In this document: positions 29,701-43,990 of the stretch, in pieces
Position numbering within the stretch: the first letter of the stretch is position 1
How the letters are laid out: every line of letters begins with the position of its first letter
Source: the human T2T-CHM13v2.0 reference genome, Homo sapiens
Assembly (NCBI RefSeq): GCF_009914755.1
Contig: NC_060944.1
Direction: 5' to 3' (one strand)
Length of the DNA stretch: 64,000 bases
Program-made: the position numbers and the translations under genes
The notes under the pieces: model-generated
The model's database searches: none
What the model was told of the DNA's origin: nothing
What the model saw: only the letters and a program-made list of their open reading frames with translations

Positions 29701-30129
29701 CAGAGAAGGGCATTCCTGGTAAACAAAGCAGCACAGGCCATTTTACAAGGCCATCATTCCCTAAGAGCCTAGTGTTTATAAGTGTCATGCCCTCAGCTCG
29801 AAGCTCAGCTCGAGAGCAGGGATCATACATCTTACCTTTCCTTTGTGTCATCAGCTTTGAGCACCCATGGCTTAATGAGGTTCACAGCCCCTTTCCACTC
29901 AGATCTACAGTTGGCCTACATGGTTGGGTCAATAGGAATAGCCACCTCCAAGGCTATGCCCAAGGTCACCACGGGGTTGCTTGTGAAGTACACTGAATGT
30001 GCTGGGTCCTCCAGAAGCTGCTTGTGGAGCCACTTAAAATGCCTGCTATGATTGACACCTTCAGTGCCTGTCTGAGGCCTGGTACTTCCCTTTTCAGGGG
30101 GCTCTAGCTGATTTCCAAATGCCTAAGGG

Positions 30130-30470
30130 CTTTTTTTCCAGGCCAGTGGAAGAAAAGCTTCTCTGTCCCTCTTGCCAGACAAGAAAACGACACCTCCCCG
30201 GCAGCCCTCACTCTCAGGAGTTGTGTGTAAATTCCACAGTTCCCACACGCTCCTGGCCCTCCAGGGGGAATAATTCTGAAGCATATGTTCTATGCTGTTC
30301 TATGAGGAGCTGCACAGCGTGATGAGGATCCAGTCACCCACTGTGGTAGCAGCCTGGGTAATCTACTCCTCACCCATCCCAATTCCCTACACCCCTTTGC
30401 CTAGCAAACCAATGACTTGCACCAAAATACTTGCTTCGGATCAGCTTCTCGGGGAATCCAAACTAAGACA
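30130..30470 (+). mobile_element. LTR16-like LTR
   Basis: Ends 'gacttgcaccaaaatacttgcttcggatcagcttctcggggaatccaaactaagaca'. Confidence 0.55.
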
Positions 30471-30718
30471 TGTACCATGTGCTAAGCACTTCCTACACAG
30501 TAATTTATAAAACTGGCTTAGAAGCAGAGAAATAACAGTGTCCCTGAGAGTTAAAAGTCAATAAGACTTGGAACATACCTATGCAATGTCACCTTTAAGA
30601 GAAAAGAGATTCCCAGCCCATGAGGTGAACAAATTAAAATATCCACCACCAGAATGTGGAAACGCCCAAAAAAAGGGGTAGGGTAATTCACAGGGGCAAA
30701 TGTGGGCAGGGCTGGTGA

Positions 30719-31411
<693 letters not shown>

Positions 31412-32073
31412 AAGGGGCCCTATTTTCAAGGTTCCATTAGCAGCAAGTGGCAAACCCAGGTCAGACATAAATTAAAAAGGAGTTATTGCCAGCACTAGGC
31501 TATTCCCTGGAACCTTGGGGCAGGACCACAGCAAGGACTTGGAGAAGGAAAGTAATGAGTAAGAACTCTGTCTTGCTGCATAGCAGACCACTACAAAACT
31601 TAGTGGGTTAGCATGACAACAATCATTTATTTTGCCCACAAATCTGCAGTTTGGGTGGGGCAAGGCAGGGTAGGCTCATTTCTCTTCAAGCCTTGCCAAC
31701 CTAGGACCACGGTGGTTCACACAAGCCACACAACTGGCTACTGGGCACGCGTTGCTGTGGGGTGGCTCAGCTGGAGTTGGGCTTTGCTTGCAGCACAGCA
31801 CTGGGCTCCAGGCACATGTATAGCTAGAGAGCAGCACCGGCTGTATCTCCTTTTACAGGCCAACCTTGGCAGACATGTAACACCATTTAGCCTGAGCTCA
31901 CACAGTCACAAAGGCCTCCCTGATCAAGGGAAGGACTCAACACCATGTCCTGACAGCGGGTGGCAAGGTAAGGTTCCAGATGAGGACATGGGACCAGAAA
32001 TTTATTTTGTGTCCATTTTCAGAAAATGTAATCCATCATAGTAAGGAATCAAGGCAACCATTCTCCATAGCTC

Positions 32074-32165
32074 GTGTGTACGCATGTGTACATGTAAGTG
32101 TGCATGTGTACATGTAAGTGTGCATATGTGAGTGTCCATGTGTGCATGTGTGTGTGCATACATGT
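32074..32165. repeat. Degenerate (TG/CA) alternating purine-pyrimidine repeat
   Basis: 'gtgtgtacgcatgtgtacatgtaagtgtgcatgtgtacatgtaagtgtgcatatgtg...'. Confidence 0.8.
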
Positions 32166-34054
32166 CTTGCTCCAGTTCTCTCCTCTGGTCACATGACCTT
32201 GACCTCTGCTTCATCCTCTGTCTGTGCTCATGGCCTCAGTTATTCCTGCCTTCTCAGAATCCCCCCTGCTTCCTTTGGGAACAGCTCCTCCACATTACTT
32301 CTTTTGAGAAACTTCCTCCCCAGGTGTTTTTGGCAGGACTGTCCCTCAAGCCACCCATCCCTCCTGGGCAGCAGAGGGGTGGCACATGACTGAAGTTGGG
32401 CCAATCCAACTCTCTCCTGAGAATCTGACTTTAGTGGAGAATCCCAGGTTCTAGACACTGGTCACAGCTCTGTCAGTCCAACTCAGCCCCTGAGGCATCC
32501 ATTGCCCAGTTCTTGTTCCCAGACTAAAAGAGCCACCTTACCAGTGCCTTCTGTAGACTCTGCAAGCATCCTGCAGTCTTCCATTAAATACTGATAAATA
32601 TGTGTATTTAGTTCCAATTCCACATAGAGGCTTTGCAGCCGTCTGACCTCTCCCACAATTCCAGATGGCTGGTGGCTGAGCTGGGAAGAGGGCTGAGATT
32701 CAAACCAGAAATGATCCCTACAACCTTCTCAGACAAACGGCATCATTGCAGGCTGGACAAATGCTCCAGATGGTGCCTCCTTTATACACTGCCATTTAAT
32801 GTCTACAGTGTCCACACCCCCATTTTACAGAGGCAGTAACTGAAGTACAGAGAAGGCAGAGCTCAGATTTCACAAAACTCTGTCTAACCCCATAGGGTTT
32901 GCTCCTTCGGTAAACCTCAGAATCTCCTCAAAAGTCAGGTCCCCAACTGCCCTCCTGGAAAAGCAGCCCCAGCTCACTCTGAACTGGCAGTGGCTCAGAT
33001 GATCCTGCTAAGGCTGAGAGACGGAAAAGAAAGTGTTTTTGGTGGCAGTACATTAGAGTCACAACTGCTTTGCTGTCACCGTAGATTGACTGGCTCCAAG
33101 TCATGCAGCCTCTCATGGCAAACAAATGCTGTTAAGATCCTGCGCCAGAGAACAACATTGACAATGAGGGAAAAGATCAATCCTCTATTTACAGACTTAA
33201 AGATCCTTAAATCAAGCCTGTCATCAGAGCTGCCAAGGACTCTGCCTGTGTGACCAGATGTGCCCTTCCTCCCTGGACGGACTCCACGCTGCACATGGGA
33301 CCACTGGGCTCATCTTCAGAAGGGCCCATGCAATTTGGTGACAAATCCCACCAATTTGTCAATACACTTCTTCCAAGTTTAAAAGCCAGTCATTGGAGGG
33401 ATTGTTGGCAAATAAGGAAGTTGCTATAGATGCAAAATGTCAAAGCATGATTCTGCTTTCCCAACGCTTTCTGGATGCTACTTCATGCTCGGCCCCATAT
33501 GAAGCACTTAGCATGCATTGTTTCGTTCGCTCTTCACGTCAGCCCGAGGAGATGGATATGACCATTGCCCCTATTCTACAGAGGAGGCAGCTGAGCCTCA
33601 AAGAGGCTAACTCACTTGCCACAGCCACCCTGCTAATGCTTAAGCCACACTAGTCAGGTTGCAAATAACTTTATGCTTATGCCCAATTTTAAATAGTACA
33701 AAAGATAAAAGGATTTCCTGGCTCTTGAAACTGAAAAGTCCAAACTTGAGGGATGATTTGACTCCCAACATAGTCATCAAGAGCCTGATTTCTTCCCAGC
33801 TTTCCTGTCTGCCTCATCAAGGGTCTACCACTCAGGGCAGCAAGATGGCTGCAACAGTGCTATCCACACACTGTGAGTCCAGAAGGGAAGGGAGAAAAAT
33901 CTCCTTCCCCAGAATCCTTCAGCAAACACCTCCAGGCTCAGTGGCCCTAATTGGGCCTCCGACCACCCTCAGCTGTGCTCAACGCATACAGTGCCAGTCG
34001 TGTGTCCTTTGGAACCAGGGATGTCTCTGACCTCCCCAAACTCCAGGATCATAG

Positions 34055-34493
34055 TAAGGGAGGAGACCACCCCTCATATTGTCTTATGCCCAATTTCTGC
34101 CTCCAAAGAAAAAAGTAGTAAAAACTAAAAGGCAGAAATGAAATCCACAAGCAGACAGCCCAGCGCCACACCTTGGGCCTGGTAAAGATTGACTCCTGAC
34201 CTAATTGGTTGTTTGCATAAAAAAGGCACTGTGAAGATCCCTGTCCTGTCCTGTTCCGTTCTAATTACCTGTGCATGCAGCCCCAGTCACATACCCACTG
34301 CTTGCTCAATTGATCATGACCCTCTCACGTGGACCCCCTTAGAGTTGTGAGCCCTTAAAAGGGACAGGAATTGCTCACTTGGGGAGTTCGGTTGTTGGAG
34401 ACGTGAGTCTTGCTGAAGTTCCCTGGCCGAATAAAGCCCTTCCTTCTTTAACTTGGTTTCTGAGGGGTTTTGTCTGCGGCTTGTCCTGCTACA
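34055..34493 (+). mobile_element. LTR2 (HERV-E) solo LTR
   Basis: Starts 'TAAGGGAGGAGACCACCCCTCATATTGTCTTATGCCCAATTTCTGCCTCC', ends 'GTCCTGCTACA'; atag on both flanks; AATAAA at about 34430. Confidence 0.8.
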
Positions 34494-35559
34494 AATAGGG
34501 GGAATAAAAGCCAGGGTTGCTTCCAAAGAGAGCAGGGAGTGAGTGTTGAGGACAGATCATCACAACTGTGCAGTTGAGGAGCATGATTTGAACCCAGGCT
34601 TGTCTGTTCATTCAAACAGTATTTATTGAGCCCTTGCTTTGGGTCAGGCACAATTTTATATGCTGGAGACACAAACCTAAAAGGACCCTAACCTAAAAGG
34701 CAGACCCCACAAACCTAAAAGGCAGAACAGCTGCCTTTCAAAGCTAAAGTCTCGCATTTTTAAAAGGCCTTGGAGATGCATTAATGTTCTTCTAATTTTT
34801 CTAGGTATGAATCTTCATACTTTTCTAGGTATGAATCGACCCTGTGACACCAGGATGGTTCTTTGTCAGCCTCCTTGTCTATAAAATCAGAAATAATGGT
34901 ACCTCCCCCAATAAGTTATGTGAAACAAATTAAAGGGGCTTATTATACAGGAAACAAAAGCAGCACAGCATCCAAACTACTGAGCGTGCAGTAAATCAAC
35001 GCATTCCCACTTCCATTCCATCCACGCTGATTTAGATCAATCCAAGTATCACTGCCTTGGGGTTCAAAAGGCCATGTTAGTTCACAAAGCCCCGAAAATG
35101 CTCTTTCACACTCTCTGCTCAGCCTCCAACGTGTCTTTTTAATAATCCAAACTTTCCACCTACTTAACTGAAGTGTGTGGGGGGAGAGGGTGCGGGGGGG
35201 AAGGGGTGGCCTATACTAAATAGCCCAACTGTTTTCCACTTGTCCTGAAATCTGAGACCAAGATTCTCTTAGGAATGCAAGCAAAGGGAGCCGACGGGAC
35301 GCCAAGAAAGCACAGGTTAAACTACCTCACTTCATCTAGCCCCATTTCTCTCCTGGCTTTTCAATTAATTATTCAGCCTCAGACCAGCAGATGGAGCTGA
35401 AAATGTTGTCTAAAGAAATGAGGTTTTTCTTTTAATTTACAAGCTATAGTTTCTCATGCCTCCACACTGAATGGTTACATCCTGTTGAGCCTGTTCGTAA
35501 AGTTCAGTAAAAATCCAGTTCTCATTCCAGAACAGCTGAATCGTAGCTATGAACGCGGA

Positions 35560-36980
35560 AGAACAGAGTCCCAACCCCAGCCGGGCCCGGGTTTCCCGGG
35601 GCCCCTCAAGCCTCAGGGCAGTGGGGAGCCGCCGTCACGCCCCCGCCTCCCCCACGTCCCACCCTCGCCCCAGTCTCCTCCCACTTTTAGCTACTTTTCC
35701 CATCTGACTAAAACTGGCTTCCTCCGTGTCCACCAAGATGTCGCCTCTAAGTGGCCTAACTCCTAAAGAGCGCGATCGGCTCAAGCACTCCGCCACGCGG
35801 TTTCCACGGGGCGCGGCCGGCGTTGCCCTCGCCGTGGCCTCAAGCATTGCGGCGCCCCACATGTTGCCAGACGGAAGGCCTCGGCGGGGTCAGGCAGCTG
35901 CTGCTGGCCGTGACTACATCACTGGGGACGTTTCACGAGACTTTTAACTGAAATCACTCCAATACAGGCGCATGCGGGACGAGGGGAAAGCATCTCACCC
36001 GACCCCACACACCTTCCCCTCCCTCTCCAGCCTAGCGGCCTCCGCGCAGCGGAAAAAAAAGCAGACGCTACTCCCCGCTCTAGGTGCGGGACCTAAGAGG
36101 TTTGGCCCAATCAGGCATCCCACCTAACCAGACGGGCCGGAGTCTGTGGCCCGGTTGGACCAACGAAAACTCTAGGGCGGATTTGCCGGGATTTCTGGGA
36201 AAGTGACACTCCCGGAAGCTACCGCCTCTTATAAGCCACACATGGGCGGAGTTAGCCTTCCGGCCCGCAGTCCCACTGGCTGACTTCGCTGCCCGTCACG
36301 GGAATGCGGGAGAGGGCGGCGCCGGGGCGCTCGCGTCTGCGTGGAGACCGGCTGGCCGCGCGCGGGAAGCCGCGGAACTGCGCCGGAAAGTCCCCCGGCT
36401 CTGGGGCCCCGGTGACCCAGAGTAAGCCTCCAAGAAGGAGGAGGAGGAGAGAAAGGCGGCTCTTCCCGTGCCCCTACCAGAGGCTTCGGTGGGCCCACCT
36501 TGTGACCTCCGCGGCCGGCCCCTCAGTGGAACTGCGTCCCACGCGGGGGGCGTCCCGACCGTGGGGGCCGCGGCCCGCGCTGACCCTGGACGTCGCCGCG
36601 CAGGTACGTTGCCGTCCCCCGGCGGTCTGACCCCCGAGACAGCCCCTAGTGCATACCCCACGCCCTCCTCCATTGTCGAGAATGAGACACGGCTGTGCCT
36701 TTGTCCACGTGGTAGAGTTGCCGCCGCGGTGAGGCTCTCGCCTGTGCAAAAAGCGTGGCAGCGAATTCTCATCAACGAGGGGAGGCGCGTCCCCTCACAG
36801 CGCAGCTCTCGGGTCTGAGGAGGGCCGGGCAGGGCGTGCGTCTGTCTAGGTTTGAATTAAAGGCGACTCACAGGAAATAAGGCCATGCCACTGTGGTAGC
36901 TTTTCCCGTCCATCTCCGGACACTCGACGGTGTGGGTCGTGCGAGGAGGCGGCAGTCTTCACAGCCTCTTACTCTAGTCC
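35560..36980 (+). promoter_or_regulatory. NXT1: CpG island / NXT1 promoter
   Basis: Very high GC and CpG density; NRF1-like GCGCATGCG (~35968), CCAAT (~36107), STAT-like TTCTGGGAA (36193-36201), ETS CCGGAAG (~36212). Confidence 0.85.
36270..36603 (+). other. NXT1: NXT1 non-coding first exon (start approximate)
   Basis: Donor CAG|GTACGT after 36603 within the CpG island; downstream acceptor ttccctgcag| before 39523. Confidence 0.7.
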
Positions 36981-37494
36981 TCACGGTCAGGTTCTTTTTC
37001 TGATTTGACACAGACAGCGGGACTGACGACCTCATAGGTAGCTGAAAACCGTAAGTGGAGATGGTCCTTCTATGGTGTGTGGGGGCGTGGCCAGTTGTTA
37101 GATTGTGTTTGGAAAGACAGCCAGGGGCGGAGAAGAGGGGCATTTCTGAGATGATGGGGGGACTGGTGCCATGGAGGGAGGAGGAGTGAGGTGGAGATCG
37201 GCAATTCCAGCCAAAGAGAAATGGGGTCCCTGGGAGAAAATTCCCACTCTAGCAGTCCTGGAGTTGTGCTCATGGAGACTTGCTTACGCGAGTACAAGGA
37301 CAGCGTTGTATTGACAAAATTTCAGCCCTCAGTCTAGTCTTGTAAACGATAGATCAGGAGTGTACTTAACCGTCGTTACTTTGATCCAGCCCTAGGTTTC
37401 CCTTTTCTCATTTGTAAAATTGTTATAGTAATACCTTTTTCATCCATTTGTGGTAACATTTAAATGAGGTAATTTGTGTGAAGCCCTTAGCAAA

Positions 37495-37835
37495 CACAGC
37501 GCTTCTTAGTCGTGGGTTCCGCGTGGGGTGGATTCAACCAACCTCAAATCAAAAATATTCTTCAGAAAAAGAAAAATGCGTTTGTACTGAACATGTAGAG
37601 GCTTTTTTTTTCTTGTCATTATTTCCTAAACTATACAGTATAACAACTATTTACATCCCATCTACATTGTATTAGGTATTATAAGTTACCTACAGATGAT
37701 GAAGGTATATAGGAGGATGCTGCGCATAGGTTATATCAAACAGTACACCATTTTATCAGGGACTTGAGCATCTGCAGGTGTTGGTATCCTCGGGGGTCCT
37801 GAATCCAGTTCCTCACAGATACCGAGGGACCACTG
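37495..37835 (-). mobile_element. MER2 (TcMar-Tigger)
   Basis: 'ggattcaaccaacc...tgtactgaacatgta...gggacttgagcatc...gataccgagggaccactg' is the reverse complement of MER2. Confidence 0.85.
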
Positions 37836-38772
37836 TACTCAGTCCAGAGTACAGTTGAGGCTTAACTATGAGGTCTGTGGAGGGCGTGGAAAGACCCACG
37901 TCTGAAATTGGCTCTTAACTGCTCATTTTTAGGACAGCTTCCCTCCCAGCCAGCCCTTTACCAGAGGCAATGCACCATCTTTGCAGCCGTTATAAGTACC
38001 TGGCTCTTTCCAGCCCTATGTGGAATGTTTTATTTATTTCATAAGCTAATCATTATAAAAAAAAAAGTCTTTTTTTTGAAATGAAAAAAAACTGTTCACT
38101 AAGTTTGTAAGTATAAACTATTTTAGTAATGTCCTCTATTTTAGTAATGTCCTCTTTTTTTTAAGTGAAATATTTTAATTATGGAGAAAAGAACATAACA
38201 GTTGTACCTGTACCCTGAAAAAAGTAAATGTCAATTTTTTAAATGCTTTTGGACTTTTTTATTTGGGGGACAATGTGACATTTCAGCTATAGTTCATATT
38301 CTGTGTCCACACACCCAAGAGCTTTGAAATCTAACATGCCTTTCTGTGGAGGCACTGTGACTCCACAGGACTTATCTGGTGGATGTTAGTACCTGTGTAA
38401 GCTGGGTGTCCTCCCTTCTAATCCCCACTCACCCAAGAGGTTTGCTGCTTCTAGCTTATCATGGGGATTATGGCTGCCATTTTGATTCTGTCCTTATGTC
38501 ATTTGTGTTTCTACCCTCTTAAGAAACCTGCCTTCTCTGCCTTCCCAGTTCCTCCTGAGTGAGCTCATGATAGACTTTCCTAGACTCAGCAGCTGACGAG
38601 CATTTCATTGGTTTGGTTGGCCTTTATTGGGCCAGTGACCACTCTTCCCTTCAACATGGTCCACTGTCTTTACCAAGGGGCTGTCATGTCTGTTGCAAGC
38701 ATTCAGGAAAGAGTGGCCTTCCATACTCAAATGTACTCTATTTTATAAAATGTGATTTTAAAAATTCGTGGT

Positions 38773-39277
<505 letters not shown>

Positions 39278-39583
39278 TTAAACTAAACACTTAAGGTATA
39301 CTATCTCAGTTTGCCACAGTGGTAATCCCATCTTAACAGTGAGCAAACTGAGTCTTAGTAAAATTAGGCATTTTTAGGCATTGGGTACTATTTGAGCCTA
39401 CAGTCATTGTTCTGCAGTCTGTAACTATTTTGCCAGTAGTAGAAAAGGAGGAATGTTCCATTGTCAGGGCAGAATGAACTTTGGCATTCACGTGGCTTCT
39501 CTTCAACCTTACTTCCCTGCAGCCCCTGGTTCCCCAAGGCAGAGGAAATACCCTGGTGGAGCCCTCCTTCCATAGAACCAGAG

Positions 39584-40006
39584 ATGGCATCTGTGGATTT
39601 CAAGACCTATGTGGATCAGGCCTGCAGAGCTGCTGAGGAGTTTGTCAATGTCTACTACACCACCATGGATAAGCGGCGGCGTTTGCTGTCCCGCCTGTAC
39701 ATGGGCACAGCCACCCTGGTCTGGAATGGCAATGCTGTTTCAGGACAAGAATCCTTGAGTGAGTTTTTTGAAATGTTGCCTTCCAGCGAGTTCCAAATCA
39801 GCGTGGTAGACTGCCAGCCTGTTCATGATGAAGCCACACCAAGCCAGACCACGGTCCTTGTTGTCATCTGTGGATCAGTGAAGTTTGAGGGGAACAAACA
39901 ACGGGACTTCAACCAGAACTTCATCCTGACCGCCCAGGCCTCACCCAGCAACACAGTGTGGAAGATCGCAAGTGACTGCTTCCGCTTCCAGGACTGGGCC
40001 AGCTAG
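39584..40006 (+). CDS. NXT1: NTF2-related export protein 1 (p15), 140 aa, single coding exon
   Basis: [25 protein letters not shown]...[14 protein letters not shown], an NTF2-like fold protein; ATG in good Kozak context (gagATGg); exon 2 acceptor AG at 39521-39522. Confidence 0.98.
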
Positions 40007-40294
40007 TGGGGGTGGCAGAGGTCTCTTTGCTTCATTCAGCCCTAGCTCTGTAGAGAAATGCAAACCTCGACTCTCAAGGATGTGAGGAACACAAGTTCAT
40101 TTCTGTTGTTGCGGAGACACTGCAGACTCCACTGTGCCGAGGTTGAACTCTTTTTTGTTGCTCAAGTTCTAGGAGTCCCTTTCCTGAATATATACTTGTT
40201 TGTCATAGTTTCCTTTTCAAAGTAGTAAACTTTTCTATTTTTCTACTTGCCCAGTAGAGACTCTGATTCTGGAAATTCTGACAAATAATTTAAT

Positions 40295-40300
40295 AATACA
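40295..40300 (+). terminator. NXT1: Probable non-canonical NXT1 poly(A) signal AATACA
   Basis: No AATAAA in the nearby 3'UTR; AATACA is followed by a U/GU-rich tract (tgttgcttctttccctgtctgatgtgtttg). Confidence 0.5.
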
Positions 40301-40548
40301 CATGTTGCTTCTTTCCCTGTCTGATGTGTTTGACCAGGTTGTGAGGGAGGAGGAGGGCTAAAGGCAGAAAGCATAATAGGAAGCACCCGCACAGGGGTGA
40401 GGATCAGGGCTTAGTACCTACCCCAGGCACCAGTGTGCACATAGTTGGCCCACCTGGAGCTGTGATTCACAGCCCCATGCACACTAGAATCCCTTGGGAC
40501 ACTGAAAATTACCTATGCCAAGGCCATACTCCAGACCCAACCATGCTT

Positions 40549-40550
<2 letters not shown>

Positions 40551-40596
<46 letters not shown>
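40551..40596 (+). repeat. (GT)23 microsatellite, followed by an antisense Alu right arm (~40610-40755)
   Basis: Read directly. Confidence 0.95.
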
Positions 40597-40598
<2 letters not shown>

Positions 40599-42134
40599 TG
40601 GTGGGTAGGGGGGTTGGTTTTGTTCCAGGCTGGAGTGCAGTGGCATAATCTTGGCTCACTGCAACCTCCATCTCCCGGGTTCTAACAATTCTCGTGCCTA
40701 AGCCTCCTGAGTAGCTGGGATTGCAGGCACATGCCACCACACCCGGCTAATTGTTTGCCTGAATCTTTGAGGATACGGCTGGGCATGGGCAGTTTCTAAA
40801 AGCACCCTAGGTGTCTTTTAGGATACATCACCTTAGGATATAGCAGAATCACCTAACAGATGGCTGGGCCCTACCTTAGCACCTTAGCTGAGAATTAAAT
40901 GATGAGAACAGATGAAATACTAGAGTTAGCTAATTGCTTATAAATGAAGCCACTATATTAAACTCATTGATAAAGAGAAAGTGAATCAGCACTGATTCTG
41001 AGAGGAAGAAGCACTGAAACTAGGATGGAGGACATCAGAACCAGAAGCTGCTGTTACTGATCCTAAAGGCCAAACCCAATTGCATTTCTTCAATGTAAAG
41101 AATAGAAAACCCTATAGAAGTTGGACCAATAGATGATGTGCCTGCCATGCTGCAGCTTCCCCAGTTAAGTTGTCTTTGGTAAAAGTGTGCTAGGTTTGGG
41201 ATAGGGTAGTCAAGATACTGCAATGGGAAATTTTGAGAAGGGTAAGAATCCTGATAAGCACAGTGACACAGGTAGCCGTTTCCTCTTGACACCCCTTCCC
41301 TTCTCTATTATCTGAAGCCCAGTGTTTTGAGAGATAAGGGACCCACCTTAAATACTTGACTTTCTCATTCAATTTGTAGCTAGGTCTGACATGTGATTAA
41401 GTTCTGGCCAATGAAGTAGGACTGAACTTGGGGGAATTTTCCTTCAACAGACCCTTCTTTCTTTCCCACTCTATCCTGCTGCCTGGAAAGGTTATGCTGA
41501 CCTGACCACGGGCTCTGGCTCAGTCTTGGCCAAGAGAACAGCTCAGCCATACCCTAGACGTAGGATAGTGCTGAGCTAAAAGGAGCCTAGGTCCCATGTG
41601 GAAACACCAAAATAGCCCCAGCTCACTCAACCAAAGACTTCTTTTTAAATGAGAAATCCCATCTTAAGCCATTATCAATTTGGGGTGTGTGACACTGACA
41701 CACAGCAGTAATCCTAAGTGAGGAAAAGGATTTGAATGGGGCAGACTGTATTCACTACAGGGCCCAGAAGACGCGGGGACGGCCCCAACTACTGACCCTC
41801 AGGTCCGGGCCAGACCCGCAATGGGCAGGATGGGTAGGGTACAGGGCGTGCGTCCCCACCTACACTAGCCTGGTTGCAGGCGGCCTCCAAGGGCACAGCG
41901 GGAAGCTCCGCCCTTGCCATGCCCCCGCCACCGGGGAAGGCAAGACAAATGTGCGTGGCACCCTCCTCCTTCGGTTCTGGGACACATCTCCACCAAGCGG
42001 CCGTTCGGCAGGTAGGGCCAGATGGTCCCGGCTCGTCCCTGCGGGTGGGGTTTCCCACCGGCGGAAAGCGCAAGCCCCTCCCGTTCTGTCCAGCGCGCTG
42101 CCCGCTGCCTTAATTATAAGGCAGATGAAGGTGA

Positions 42135-43660
42135 AGAGTTTACTGGTTTTTATTTTTGCAACTTTTTGTAAATTTTAAATTATTCTAAAAAGTTTAAGAA
42201 ATGAATTGTGCTGAGGAGTATAATCAGCACGCAGTGCGAGTTCTTATAGTGGCCACGTCCACAAACCCTGTGTTGTGGAAGAACAGAAGGCGTTCTGCTT
42301 TCTGTGTTTCACCGTCTCTCCCTCGCTTTAACTTCCAGGTCCCGGAGTAGTGGTGACAGCAAGGTCTGTTGGTTTCTTTGGTTTAGGTTTGATGAAAGGC
42401 CACTCCAGTGGGGTAGGAGGTGGGCAGGGAGAACAGGGGCTAGGGTGGGAGGGGCAGGAGTTGGGTCCTGGGGGTGGAGGAGATGACGGGGAGAGTGGCT
42501 TGGAGAAATCTGCAAGAAGAGACATTGGAAGGCCGGGGGAGGTGAAATGGACACTGGGTGAAGCTGAGGAGTCCTAGTGAACCATGTTACCTCTGATCCA
42601 GATATTCCCAGAACAACAAGAAATCAAGCTTCTGAATGTGGTCTGTTGCAAGCTTGGAAGGTGCACACCTGTTGCTGCTAATTTGGACAATTTGGGGGAA
42701 GAGCAGAGATTTAGATGTTGCTTTGGTCGACCTTAAACACCAGCCCTGTCTCCCCTACCACTTTGCCAAATTAGGGCCCCGTCTCTCTAAAGAGCAAACA
42801 GAAAACTGCAGAAAGTTGCTTTGTCCTGTAGACAAGAGGCTGGGACTAGGTAAGAGGAGGGAGCCAGGATGCAAAACTTAAGACCAGCCTGGCCAACAAG
42901 GCGAAACCCCGTTTCTACTAAAAATAGAAAAATTAGCTGGGCGTGGTGGCAGGCGCCTGTAATCCCAGCTACTCAGGAAGCTGAGGCAGGACAATCGCTT
43001 GAACCCAGGAGGCGGAGGTTGTAGTCAGCCAAGATCGCGCCACTGCATTCCAGTCTGGGCGACAGAGCGAGACTCCGTAACAAAAAACAAACAAACAAAC
43101 AAAAAATCTTAAACATCACCAACAAGCCTTGTGAGAAATGGTTTAACGTTGTGATACCTTGCCCAATTTTAAGGCAGGTAAAGGTGTGTGTTAAAACTCA
43201 ACTCTTGAACTGAACCCCAGCTGCCCTTTAGGGCATGCTTAATTTGATGTGGACTGTAACCTCTTTTGCAGCATTGTAGAGATTTGGAATCTGCACATTA
43301 GGAAGAGACCCCACGAGGCGGTGGCGTTCTTTCTCGTTCGGAGCTCACACCCCTCCTGGGGAGCCCTCTCCCAACCCGGGCTCCCGGTAAGCGCGGTCGC
43401 CGCTCCTCTGAGGGCTGCTCTTCCCTCGCTTCTGAGCCGAGGCCCCCGCGACACGAACGCCACGCCCGAAGCGCTCTTGCCAGGACGTACTGACCGAGGG
43501 TAGGCTGCCCAGCCGGGTGGTAACGTTGAGGAAAGGACAGCAGCTTCGCAAAGGAGCTGGGTAAAACCACGCCCAGACCCCGCTGGCCACCAGCCCGAGA
43601 CCAAGACGCAGGCGGTGGCGCCGGTTTCTCACTCAACCGCAGGTTCCAGCATCCCCGATA
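42135..43660 (-). ncRNA. LINC01431: Probable lncRNA transcribed leftward from the 43.3-44.0 kb CpG island (LINC01431-like); exon structure not resolved
   Basis: CpG island without a credible ORF; minus-strand AATAAA (tttatt 42149-42154); identity recalled from the gene order between NXT1 and GZF1. Confidence 0.45.
42880..43107 (+). mobile_element. 5'-truncated Alu
   Basis: Begins 'agaccagcctggccaac', has a full right arm and a (caaa)n tail. Confidence 0.9.
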
Positions 43661-43990
43661 CGGCCGACGTCATTACCCTGCGACCGCTCAGGACACTTCT
43701 GAGGACTCTTTTGACAGCTAGTAATCGCGCGGTGGCGCGACCACGTGACTCCGGCGCCCTAGCCCCGCCCTCCGTCTCCAAGGAGCCCTGGAAGGAGCTA
43801 TACCAGCGGCTCCAGAAGGCGGGGAGAGGCGGGGCCGGACTCCGGGACAGCCAATGGGCGAGGAGTGCCGCCCAGCCTGACCCACCGGCCGCTCCCTCAC
43901 GAGCCTGTGGGCGTGCGCCGGCTGTGCAGGTGAGGGGCAGCGAGGGCGCCTAGTGGGCAGGGCGCCGGCGTTGCGCGTGCGTCAGTGTTC
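43300..43990. promoter_or_regulatory. CpG island promoter
   Basis: CpG-dense; GACGTCA (~43666), E-box CACGTGAC (43742), GC boxes (~43762, 43828), CCAAT (43851). Confidence 0.8.

Noticed and set aside
39461-39583. 41-aa N-terminal extension of NXT1 in the ORF track (181 aa)
   Set aside because: Starts at a TTG inside the intron, upstream of the acceptor at 39521-39522; the real start is the ATG at 39584
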